DNA from: Candidatus Omnitrophota bacterium | GTDB taxonomy: Bacteria; Omnitrophota; Gorgyraeia; Tantalellales; Tantalellaceae | DNA: 64,000 nucleotides | Assembly: GCA_028715965.1 (NCBI GenBank) | Contig: JAQUQS010000002.1 | Location: 77,368 to 141,367 of the forward strand | Reading direction: 5' to 3' | Part shown: positions 56,478 through 64,000 of the stretch, piece by piece | Layout of the letters: each line of letters begins with the position of its first letter | Position numbering within the stretch: position 1 is the first letter of the stretch | Notes under the pieces: model-generated | The model's input: the letters and a program-made list of their open reading frames with translations, nothing else | The model's database searches: none | Told to the model about the DNA's origin: nothing | Program-made: the position numbers and the translations under genes

Positions 56478-57425
56478 CTACCCGTTCCAGGTCAGCGTCG
56501 ACACTAGTACGGACACTATAAGACAAACTCCAACAATATTATACATCAAAATCGTATTTGCGCCAGCTTCCACCAGGCCTTCCGGGTCCCCGGACCTTTT
56601 CTTGAGCACCTTCCCGGCCCTAAGGGCCGGGAAATACAAAAGCACGCATGAAAGTACCAGCGGCGGCAATATCCCGGATAACACATCAATGATAAGGCTG
56701 GCCACGGAAAGAACGGCCAGGGTCCAGAACAACTTATATCCATTATCCGGTCCTATCAGGCTGATAAGGTTCTTCTTTCCCGCCACCACATCCATTCCAT
56801 GATCCGGTACCTCATTGCACACTATAACGGAAGTTATCAGGAACGATAACGGGAGCGACATGGCGATAGCGCTACCGGTGACAGTACCCGTTACCACGTA
56901 AAAAGCACCGCATATCAGCATAGGCCCGAACAGGAGGAATATCACGAGTTCCCCATAGTACCTGTAAGCTAATTTCATCGGTGGCATGCTGTAGGCTGCC
57001 GTAAGCGCGCCTCCGGCCAACATGAACATGAGAACGCCGATACCGGCCGTCATGATATACACGGCTATGCCCGCTCCCAGCGCCAGGACCATCAAAAAAG
57101 CCCCCGTCATCAGGCAAAGTGCCGGAGCCGCGCTGCCGCTAACGATGACCTTGCTCCCCCCGAAGAAGGGACTTGTATGAACGGAAAGGCTATCCGCTCC
57201 CATCCTGTAGTCAAAATAGTTATTAAGCGCGTTCCCTCCGGCATGCGCCGATATGACCCCCAGGAACCCGGCAACAACAGGCATCACGGATACCTCATAT
57301 CCTTTATACACGGCGAACATCACCCCGGCCAGGAAAGGTAATATACTGGCCGGGATAAAGTTGAACCGCGTCATCTCCAGGAAGACCTTGAGCCCTTTCC
57401 GTACCCGCGCACCCGTGCTCATCAT
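56478..57425 (-). CDS. UbiA-family aromatic prenyltransferase (MenA-like)
   Basis: Eight to nine TM helices with GNALNNYFDYRMGAD (the NDxxDxxxD-type motif of MenA/UbiA). Confidence 0.75.
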   Translation of the reverse strand: MMSTGARVRKGLKVFLEMTRFNFIPASILPFLAGVMFAVYKGYEVSVMPVVAGFLGVISAHAGGNALNNYFDYRMGADSLSVHTSPFFGGSKVIVSGSAAPALCLMTGAFLMVLALGAGIAVYIMTAGIGVLMFMLAGGALTAAYSMPPMKLAYRYYGELVIFLLFGPMLICGAFYVVTGTVTGSAIAMSLPLSFLITSVIVCNEVPDHGMDVVAGKKNLISLIGPDNGYKLFWTLAVLSVASLIIDVLSGILPPLVLSCVLLYFPALRAGKVLKKRSGDPEGLVEAGANTILMYNIVGVCLIVSVLVSTLTWNG

Positions 57426-57928
57426 ATCTTTATCTTTTTTTCCATATCCACGATATCGTGTCCTTCATACAAAATGTTCATATCCCCGTCTAACGCTATT
57501 ATCGTGGGAATGCTCCTTACCCCGTAGCTATTGGCGACCTCACCGTCAGCATCGAGAAGCACGGTGTAGTTTATTTTCTTACTTTCGGCAAAACTCGAGA
57601 CCTTTGCCGGGCTTTCCTGTATGTTCACACCCAGCACAGCGATATCCGCGCCCTTGCGGGTATTGAGATCATTCACATACGGGACCTCCCTCTGGCACGG
57701 CGGGCACCATGTCGCGAAGAACACGAGGACCGCTTTTTTCCCGGGCCCGAGCTTGTCCGAAAGCCTGACCTCGCTGCCGTTGAGGGCCTTCAGTGAAAAA
57801 TCAGCGCCTTTGCCCGCCGGGCTTACAGGTTCATTTCCGGCCCTGGCGCAGGAACAGAACAAAAGTACAGGCAAGAGCACGAACGCGGTGAGGTTTCTCC
57901 TTAAGAACATTAAAGGTCCCATATCCAT
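57422..57928 (-). CDS. TlpA/ResA-like periplasmic thiol-disulfide oxidoreductase
   Basis: Signal peptide plus WCPPC thioredoxin motif. Confidence 0.8.
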   Translation of the reverse strand: MDMGPLMFLRRNLTAFVLLPVLLFCSCARAGNEPVSPAGKGADFSLKALNGSEVRLSDKLGPGKKAVLVFFATWCPPCQREVPYVNDLNTRKGADIAVLGVNIQESPAKVSSFAESKKINYTVLLDADGEVANSYGVRSIPTIIALDGDMNILYEGHDIVDMEKKIKI

Positions 57929-57948
57929 ATCCTTTCCGGCCCCGGCGC

Positions 57949-58650
57949 TTATACGCTCAGCATCCCGGCCTTGAAAATGAAATATTCACCCAATAATATC
58001 ATCACGAACGCGAAGACCTTCTGCAACACTTCCAGGGCCTTACCGGACTTCGGCAGGCCGGTCACTATACCCGCGAACGTCCCGACCACGACCAGCATGG
58101 TGCCCAGCCCTATGGCGTAGACAAAAAGCAGAGAGAACCCGGCAACTATGCTCCTTGTGGTGGCCACAAAGGCCAGCACGGCCCCCAGCACCGAAACGGA
58201 ACAAGGTGAAGCGATAAGCCCCGATACTATGCCCATGAAGAACACCGAGAGCCCGCTGCCGCCACTTATCACTTTTCCCGCGCCGGCCTTATTGAGCAGG
58301 AACGCCGGTATCGGGACCACACCAAGAAAAGAGAGGGCGAAAAATATCATTATGTTGCCCACGATAAGATGCGCTATCGGGCTGGACTGCACCCCACCGA
58401 AAAGCTGTCCCGTATACGCCGCCACCATGCCCAGGACCGAAAATGTCAATGCCATCCCCAGGACATAAAGACACGATAACGCCAGGTTCGCGAGCTTGGA
58501 CCTTTCTTTGTTTATCCCGATAACGCTTACCGTAACAGGTATCAGCGGATAGATACACGGAGTAAGGGACGTGATAACACCGCCCGCGTATACGACAAGA
58601 TATGTCAAAAGCGAGACCTGGGTTATCTCGTAAGATATATTCCCTATCAT
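57949..58650 (-). CDS. ccdA: Cytochrome c-type biogenesis protein CcdA (DsbD beta-domain family)
   Basis: Six TM helices with two conserved Cys (LTPCIYPLIPV, ASPCSV). Confidence 0.8.
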   Translation of the reverse strand: MIGNISYEITQVSLLTYLVVYAGGVITSLTPCIYPLIPVTVSVIGINKERSKLANLALSCLYVLGMALTFSVLGMVAAYTGQLFGGVQSSPIAHLIVGNIMIFFALSFLGVVPIPAFLLNKAGAGKVISGGSGLSVFFMGIVSGLIASPCSVSVLGAVLAFVATTRSIVAGFSLLFVYAIGLGTMLVVVGTFAGIVTGLPKSGKALEVLQKVFAFVMILLGEYFIFKAGMLSV

Positions 58651-59708
58651 GAACTTCTCCTTTCCCGTTCTTTACCCTTTATCATCCCATATAACTTGCT
58701 GCATGATATAGCGGCCACAAGTATGCCGCTCGAGACCGAGCCCAGCCACGCCGGCACCATATCATGCGCGCCGGAAGCGGTAACTATATCCAGGCTCATG
58801 GATCGTCCGTAAAGAACGTCCATTCCGGTACCCAAAAAAAGAGCGCATGCCACAATGGACCCTATGTATACCGCGAGCGCCTTGTAGCCCATATTAGTGC
58901 ATACGACGGACATCGTGACTATATTGGTCGCCGGCCCGGCCATCAGGAATACCAGCGCCGCCCCGGGTGACATGCCCTTGATGATAAGGGCCGCCGCTAT
59001 GGGGATAGAGGCTGTCGCGCACACATACATGGGGATCCCCGCTAAAAGCATTATGACCATGGACATAAGCCCATGCCCTAGATATTTTGAAATGATGTTC
59101 TCCGGCATGAAATAGGTTATGATCCCTCCCACCAGTATACCGATAAGTATCGCTCCACCCGTATCCTTCATGAGCTCGCCGAAAGCGTACGTGAAAATAT
59201 GCCGGACACGTTCGCCGATAGTATGAGGGTGTTCCTTACGCGCGTCGCACAAAAGACACTCGGCATGTTCGACCTGGTCGCGGCCATCATCCTTCCCGGC
59301 CGGGATAAGGTCCATGACCGTACCGGCCAGCACGCCACTTATGAACGCCGCTACCATCCTGAACACGGTAAATATACCCCCCATGAGGGAATATGTCGCG
59401 AAGATGGAATCCACGCCGGTCGTAGGCGCCGAGATAAGGAAAGACAGGACCGCCCCCCTGCTGGCCCCGGACTTGCGGAGGGCCATGGCCGTGGGTATGA
59501 CAGAGCACGAGCACAGAGGCAGGGGGATCCCGAATATCGAGGCCTTCACGGACGACAGGAACCCTTTCCCCCCCAAGCGCCGGGCTATAAAACGCGGGTC
59601 CAGGAACCCTCTCAGGAGACCGGCGAAAAGGAACCCGAACAAAAGATACGGAGCCATCCGGTTAAGCAGTAGATATGATTCCCTGAACACGCCCATTATC
59701 ATGGCCAT
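58647..59708 (-). CDS. DUF318/ArsP-like permease with a Cys-x-Cys motif
   Basis: Polytopic permease with the GIPLPLCSCSVIPTAMAL motif, reminiscent of the ArsP/COG0701 family. Overlaps ccdA by 4 nt. Confidence 0.65.
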   Translation of the reverse strand: MAMIMGVFRESYLLLNRMAPYLLFGFLFAGLLRGFLDPRFIARRLGGKGFLSSVKASIFGIPLPLCSCSVIPTAMALRKSGASRGAVLSFLISAPTTGVDSIFATYSLMGGIFTVFRMVAAFISGVLAGTVMDLIPAGKDDGRDQVEHAECLLCDARKEHPHTIGERVRHIFTYAFGELMKDTGGAILIGILVGGIITYFMPENIISKYLGHGLMSMVIMLLAGIPMYVCATASIPIAAALIIKGMSPGAALVFLMAGPATNIVTMSVVCTNMGYKALAVYIGSIVACALFLGTGMDVLYGRSMSLDIVTASGAHDMVPAWLGSVSSGILVAAISCSKLYGMIKGKERERRSS

Positions 59709-59766
59709 CTATATCCTCATCCTTTCCAGCCGTTCCACTGCCGCGACCGGCTGTCTACCGGCCTTA

Positions 59767-60399
59767 TCACTTGAATATCTCGCCCGTCTCCCTTGACCAG
59801 AACAATATGTCCAGTTCATCCATGGCTATACCGATATCGCGGGAAAAACACCTGAGCCGGGCCTCTAATTCAGCATACCTCTGTACGGTAATATTCGAAG
59901 GTATCTCCTTTACCAGCCCCAACCTCTTCATGTTCCTGAGTATATGGACATCTAATATGGCCAGGTCCCCGCCGAAACCGATATTCCGCAGGAAGTGACT
60001 GGCCTCCTTATACCCGACACCTTTTATATTGTCCGCAAGCCACTTCCGAGACGAAAGAACGTCCTTTCCGTCTATCCTGGACCTTATCTCTATCTTTCCG
60101 CCTTTCGAAAGGAGATCGCGGTCATACACAATGAAACGGGCCTTGTTGTTGGGGAACCTCACGCCTACAAGGTGTTCTCTGATCTCATCTTCATTCCCGG
60201 TATAAAGCACACGTGTCCCGACAAGGGTTCTTATGGCCCGGTCGCATACCACAGCCTTGGACTGGGGGGTACATACACAGAAACAAAGTTCGGCGAAGAT
60301 CTCCTCATCACCCAGCGCCCATATCTTCTTGAATTCGGAAAGACGGCGCCGGATGCTCTTTTTCTTGGCCGCGTATTCGGCCTTCAGTTGATGTTTCAT
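59767..60399 (-). CDS. 8-oxoguanine DNA glycosylase / AP lyase (Ogg, archaeal-type 2)
   Basis: IFAELCFCVCTPQSKA and KGVGYKEASHFLRNIGFGGDLAILDVHI (HhH-GPD with the catalytic Lys/Asp). Confidence 0.7.
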   Translation of the reverse strand: MKHQLKAEYAAKKKSIRRRLSEFKKIWALGDEEIFAELCFCVCTPQSKAVVCDRAIRTLVGTRVLYTGNEDEIREHLVGVRFPNNKARFIVYDRDLLSKGGKIEIRSRIDGKDVLSSRKWLADNIKGVGYKEASHFLRNIGFGGDLAILDVHILRNMKRLGLVKEIPSNITVQRYAELEARLRCFSRDIGIAMDELDILFWSRETGEIFK

Positions 60400-60584
60400 T
60401 TCACGTAATCTATCAATTGTTCCACGAGTTTTATATGGACGATCTCGTCATCCCTTATCGCGGTGAGCTCTTCCTTTATCTGGGGATCTTCCAGCTGGCT
60501 GATGTAATGCTCATAGAAGTTCTTGGCTCTTTTCTCATGTTCCAATATCTCCCGGAATTCCTTCCTCATCACGTCAATATTCAC
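60396..60584 (-). CDS. Small ferritin-like helical protein (two ExxH-like motifs). It may be the 3' half of a split gene.
   Basis: 62 aa: EILEHEKRAKNFYEHY ... DDEIVHIKLVEQL. Confidence 0.4.
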   Translation of the reverse strand: MNIDVMRKEFREILEHEKRAKNFYEHYISQLEDPQIKEELTAIRDDEIVHIKLVEQLIDYVK

Positions 60585-60816
60585 TGCGCCCTCCCGCCTC
60601 TACGCGACGCGCTATGCCCTCTACCGCGGCCTTATGGCGCGTTGAATCACTATGTAGCTTGTGGAGTATCTTCTTTATTTTTCCCTTGGTCACATCGTCG
60701 ATATCCTCGGCATGGGCCAGAAGCCCTTCGGAGAACTTCGTGAACATAGTGACCATGCCTTCTTCGACATATATGACCTCCTGAAGCCCCGCTATGAGCC
60801 TTTCCCGGCTTATCAT
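60574..60816 (-). CDS. Small hypothetical protein. It may be the 5' half of a split ferritin-like gene.
   Basis: 80-aa helical ORF that overlaps the next small ORF by 11 nt in a different frame. Confidence 0.35.
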   Translation of the reverse strand: MISRERLIAGLQEVIYVEEGMVTMFTKFSEGLLAHAEDIDDVTKGKIKKILHKLHSDSTRHKAAVEGIARRVEAGGRSEY

Positions 60817-60820
60817 ACGC

Positions 60821-61735
60821 TCATCCTTTCATCCTCGACACATAGCGGAACGCGCCAAGCGCCGCCTTTGCGCCTTCTCCCGCGGCTATCACGATCTGTT
60901 TTTCCGGTACATTGGTCACGTCCCCCGCCGCGAATATCCCCGGGATATCGGTCTCGCAAGCACAGTTGATCTTGATCTCTCCAAGCTCATTCTTCCCGAC
61001 GATCCCGGCGAACTCCGCATTAGGTGTAAGCCCGACCTCGACGAACACGCCTTCAGCGGGCACTTCTTCCTCTTTGCCCGAAACGTCGACCAGTATACCG
61101 GTCACGAACCTGTCACCCTTGATCTCCTTCACGACGCTCCGGTTCATCACTTTTATCCTGCCATCCGCTTCGATCTTCTCTTTCAGGATCGCGTCTCCCG
61201 TAAGGGCCGGGGCCACATTGACAATGGTGACCTCACTGGCTATCCTGACAAGCTGCAGAACGGCCTCAAGCCCGGAATTCCCTCCTCCTACCACGACCAC
61301 CTTTTTCCCGGAGAAGATCGGGCCATCGCAGGTAGCGCAATAAGCTACGCCCTTGTTCCTGTATTTCTCCTCGCCCGGTACGCCTAGCTTGCGGGAATGT
61401 TTTCCCGACGCAATTATCAAGGTTCTCGCGCTGTATTCCCCCTTATCGCTCCTGACGGTCACGACCCGGTCCCCGGAGGAGATATCCGATACGGATTCAG
61501 GCATATGGATGTCTACATCGTATTTTCTGGCGTGTTCCTCGAACTTGGCGGCAAGGTCCGTCCCCGATATGAATTGATACCCGGTATAATTCTCTATATC
61601 CCCGCTCCAAGCTGTCTGCCCGCCGATATCCAGGGTTATAACGACAAAGTCCATCCTTTTTCGGGCGGCGTAAACCGCAGCCGTTATGCCGGCCGGGCCG
61701 GCCCCTATGATGATCAGGTCACGAACTCTGGACAT
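60821..61735 (-). CDS. trxB: Thioredoxin-disulfide reductase
   Basis: GAGPAG FAD motif, CATCDG redox-active disulfide and GGGNSG NADPH motif. The start was taken at MSRVRDLIIIGAGPAG (ATG 61733-61735). Confidence 0.85.
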   Translation of the reverse strand: MSRVRDLIIIGAGPAGITAAVYAARKRMDFVVITLDIGGQTAWSGDIENYTGYQFISGTDLAAKFEEHARKYDVDIHMPESVSDISSGDRVVTVRSDKGEYSARTLIIASGKHSRKLGVPGEEKYRNKGVAYCATCDGPIFSGKKVVVVGGGNSGLEAVLQLVRIASEVTIVNVAPALTGDAILKEKIEADGRIKVMNRSVVKEIKGDRFVTGILVDVSGKEEEVPAEGVFVEVGLTPNAEFAGIVGKNELGEIKINCACETDIPGIFAAGDVTNVPEKQIVIAAGEGAKAALGAFRYVSRMKG

Positions 61736-61769
61736 AATGGACTTTCCGTGAACGGAACATGAGTTTCGC

Positions 61770-62012
61770 TTATATCCCAAGCGCTTGGGAGATCCTGGCC
61801 CTATCAAACCCGACTATTATCTCACCGTCTATATCCGCAACAGGCACACCCATCTGGCCGGACCTTTCTACCATTTCCTTCGCCTTTGCCTGGTCGGCGG
61901 ATACATCTATGTTCTCGAACTCAACGTTGTTGGATTTCAGGAAATCCTTGAGCCTGATACAATACGGACATGTTGGAGTGCTGTATATTTTGACCGTCTT
62001 CATATGGCACAT
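61770..62012 (-). CDS. Glutaredoxin-like / NrdH-like small redoxin
   Basis: 80 aa, VKIYSTPTCPYC active site, Grx fold. Confidence 0.75.
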   Translation of the reverse strand: MCHMKTVKIYSTPTCPYCIRLKDFLKSNNVEFENIDVSADQAKAKEMVERSGQMGVPVADIDGEIIVGFDRARISQALGI

Positions 62013-62482
62013 CCTCCTTTCATCTCACAAAGCATAGCAACATGCTTTTTCTCCTCGCTTATAAGCTTGTCCACCAGATCACGGTTATTCTCAGGCACCA
62101 TCTTCCTCATCTCTTCATAGAATAGGATGGAATCCTTCTCGAATTTCAGGGCGACATCAATACCGTCTATATAATCCCTGACATCACGGGCGATCTGGGC
62201 GCCGCTATCCTTGCGCGTAAAAACGTTCTGGCTGGCCATCTGGTTCATGTACACGAAATACTCATCCGGATAGGCGCCTTCCGGCTCGTAATCGCACGCG
62301 GCGGCGGATATCTCCCTGAAAGCGGCGATATGTTTTTTCTCTTCATCCGAAAGGAATTCGAACATCGCCGCGGCTTTCTGGTTACCCGCCTTTTTTGCCA
62401 TTTCGGAATAGAAGGCCCTGCCGTTCTTCTCTATCTGGACCCCCAGCTCCACGACCTCGCACGCAGAGAATCTCTTGTCCAT
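62000..62482 (-). CDS. Rubrerythrin-like ferritin-domain protein (no rubredoxin domain)
   Basis: Four-helix diiron motif set (E...EEKKH...E...EEKKH). Confidence 0.7.
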   Translation of the reverse strand: MDKRFSACEVVELGVQIEKNGRAFYSEMAKKAGNQKAAAMFEFLSDEEKKHIAAFREISAAACDYEPEGAYPDEYFVYMNQMASQNVFTRKDSGAQIARDVRDYIDGIDVALKFEKDSILFYEEMRKMVPENNRDLVDKLISEEKKHVAMLCEMKGGCAI

Positions 62483-62503
62483 ATGTGCTCCTGTCGTTTG
62501 CCG

Positions 62504-63079
62504 TCAATAATTCTCACAGAAAAGCTCGAAATACGCCATGGGATGAAGGCACGACGGGCATTTCTCAAGCGCGCTATCGCCCGTATGCACATACCCGCAA
62601 TTACGGCACTTCCACATAACGGGCGCGTCCTTCTTGAACACCTTGGACTTCTCGATATTCTCTATGAGCTTGCGGTACCTGGCCTCATGCCTTTCCTCGA
62701 CCTTGGCGATATTCAGGAAACACGCCGCGATATCTTCAAATCCTTCTTTTTTAGCTGTTTCCCCGGCTTCCTTATAGAGTTTCGTCCATTCCTCATGCTC
62801 CCCGGACGCCGCCTCCTTGAGGTTCTCCAACGTAGTGCCGATGATACCCGCCGGGTACGAGGCCTGTATCTCCAGCATGCCTCCCTCGAGATACTTAAAG
62901 AAACGCTTGGCGTGTTCTTTCTCGTTATCGGCGGTTTCCAGGAATATCGCCTCTATCTGCATGTAGCCCTCTTTACGCGCCACACTGGCGGCAAAGGTAT
63001 ACCTGTTCCGGGCCTGCGACTCGCCCGCGAATGCCGCCAAAAGGTTCTTTTCCGTCTTTGTTCCTTTTACACTTGCCAT
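62504..63079 (-). CDS. rbr: Rubrerythrin
   Basis: Diiron ExxH helices plus a C-terminal rubredoxin-like CRNCGY...CPSC. The start was taken at MASVKGTK (ATG 63077-63079), which has an AAGGAGGAGAA SD. Confidence 0.85.
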   Translation of the reverse strand: MASVKGTKTEKNLLAAFAGESQARNRYTFAASVARKEGYMQIEAIFLETADNEKEHAKRFFKYLEGGMLEIQASYPAGIIGTTLENLKEAASGEHEEWTKLYKEAGETAKKEGFEDIAACFLNIAKVEERHEARYRKLIENIEKSKVFKKDAPVMWKCRNCGYVHTGDSALEKCPSCLHPMAYFELFCENY

Positions 63080-63129
63080 TTCTCCTCCTTCGATACAGCC
63101 GTGACAACTTCCCACGGCATTTTCCATGT

Positions 63130-63507
63130 TCACGCTTTCCAAAGATCATGTATTATGCAATATTCCCGCACCTTCCTTATCTTCCCTTTATCCACGCAAA
63201 AAACAGCTTCCGGCGCCTGCCCCGGTTTAAGCTCGGAACGCAGCACTTCCGTATCCGTCTCCACCTCTATGAACTTTATATAATGTTTTTCCTCCATGGG
63301 ATGCGCGACGCTTCCCACCTTCACCTTCACTCCACCCGAGGCGTCCTCCACGACAGGTACATGTTTTTCCAGGCCCTGGTCGGCGGTCTTTTCCTCGAGC
63401 TTCACCATGGGCTGCCCGCAACATACCAGCGTCGGTTGTCCCTCATTAACGATCTCGACCACATGCCCGCACACATTACATTTATAAACGTCCCTGAGTC
63501 CCGTCAT
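63130..63507 (-). CDS. dfx: Desulfoferrodoxin (2Fe superoxide reductase)
   Basis: N-terminal desulforedoxin CNVCGHVVE...CCGQPM and the centre-II motif (HVPVVE...CIIHDLW). Confidence 0.9.
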   Translation of the reverse strand: MTGLRDVYKCNVCGHVVEIVNEGQPTLVCCGQPMVKLEEKTADQGLEKHVPVVEDASGGVKVKVGSVAHPMEEKHYIKFIEVETDTEVLRSELKPGQAPEAVFCVDKGKIRKVREYCIIHDLWKA

Positions 63508-64000
63508 GATAACGCTCCTTCCATTTTTTTCTGTAATCCCACTAGTTCGTCCGGGGCGGGTATATAATTCATCTTTGCGCTTTCCATCATGTCGAACCCC
63601 ATCCCCTTCAATATTCCCTCTATCTGGGGGACACTCTGCCCTCCCCAGCCGAAAGACCCGAACGCGAGACCTTTCCTGCCCTTAGGCGCCAGGCCTTTCA
63701 GGTATGTAAGAAAAGCCCCGACCGGCGGCATCATGCCGTTATTAAGCGTCGGCGACCCTACACATATATATTCCGCGGTAAGCGCTTTTGTCATTACATC
63801 CGAAATGTCATTGGTCTTGAGGTCCATAAGGTATGCCTTGTATCCCCTGGCGGTAAAAGCGTCGTGTATCACCCCAGCCATCTTCGCGGTAGATCCCCAC
63901 ATGGTCGAGTAAACAATAACGGCCGCTTTCTCGGTCGCGTTGTCCGACCATTTCACGTATTCCGAAATTATCTCCTTAAGGTGTTCCCTCCATATGATAC
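63504..64000 (-). CDS. Flavodiiron protein (FprA/ROO-type), C-terminal flavodoxin domain only. The gene runs off the right edge.
   Basis: VIVYSTMWGSTAKMA ... GSPTLNNGMMP flavodoxin-like FMN motifs. The minus-strand frame stays open to position 64000 (...IIWREHLKEIISEYVKWSDN...), so the M shown in the ORF track is a GTG codon inside a longer gene. Confidence 0.7.
   Translation of the reverse strand, partial: IIWREHLKEIISEYVKWSDNATEKAAVIVYSTMWGSTAKMAGVIHDAFTARGYKAYLMDLKTNDISDVMTKALTAEYICVGSPTLNNGMMPPVGAFLTYLKGLAPKGRKGLAFGSFGWGGQSVPQIEGILKGMGFDMMESAKMNYIPAPDELVGLQKKMEGALS

Overview
This 64-kb window is an almost gap-free stretch of bacterial chromosome. About 70 genes are supportable, including one found by hand translation and absent from the supplied ORF track (an aroC fragment at the left edge). 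Strand bias is strong: genes run on the minus strand from 1 to 38.8 kb, on the plus strand from 39.0 to 48.2 kb, then on the minus strand again from 48.2 kb to the end. No transposase, integrase, CRISPR array, rRNA or tRNA was found.

Most genes are housekeeping:
- branched-chain amino acid biosynthesis (ilvB-ilvH-ilvC-leuA, ilvE)
- shikimate enzymes (aroC fragment, aroE) flanking a prepilin peptidase
- alr, tsaB, tsaE, thiL, mtnA
- metG, cysS, lysS
- tmk-holB-ricT and yacL-ispF-cysE-cysS, both in Bacillus-like order
- mcsA-mcsB-clpC
- isoprenoid and quinone genes (polyprenyl synthetase, ispH, a UbiA/MenA-type prenyltransferase)
- fba
- a terminal anaerobe-type oxygen-detoxification island (Ogg, TrxB, glutaredoxin-like protein, rubrerythrins, desulfoferrodoxin, flavodiiron protein)

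Diderm envelope systems (MlaFED, LolCDE, a DUF481 outer-membrane barrel) sit beside this Firmicutes-like synteny. Together with many radical-SAM genes, this suggests an anaerobic diderm lineage, possibly uncultivated.

The parts most worth follow-up are:
1. A translationally coupled three-gene cassette at 41.5-44.7 kb: a probable lipoprotein class I methyltransferase, a HemN-like radical SAM enzyme and a PP-loop ATPase. It lies next to isoprenoid and quinone genes.
2. A 1125-aa secreted protein with its own consensus promoter. It carries a transglutaminase-like Cys-His-Asp motif set and a kinase-like HxGN...DFG motif. It sits next to a lysine-rich Rho_N/H1-like mini-protein and a membrane PP2C phosphatase.
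3. A TatD hydrolase fused to a radical SAM domain and coupled by an ATGA overlap to a single-domain O6-alkylguanine alkyltransferase.
4. A B12-binding radical SAM gene overlapping a LOG-family gene.

Several intergenic regions hold near-consensus sigma70 promoters, clean intrinsic terminators and GC-rich hairpin clusters that may be regulatory RNA. All functional calls come from motifs recognised in the translated ORFs and from gene context; no database search was possible. My hand-counted coordinates may be off by about 1 nt in places.
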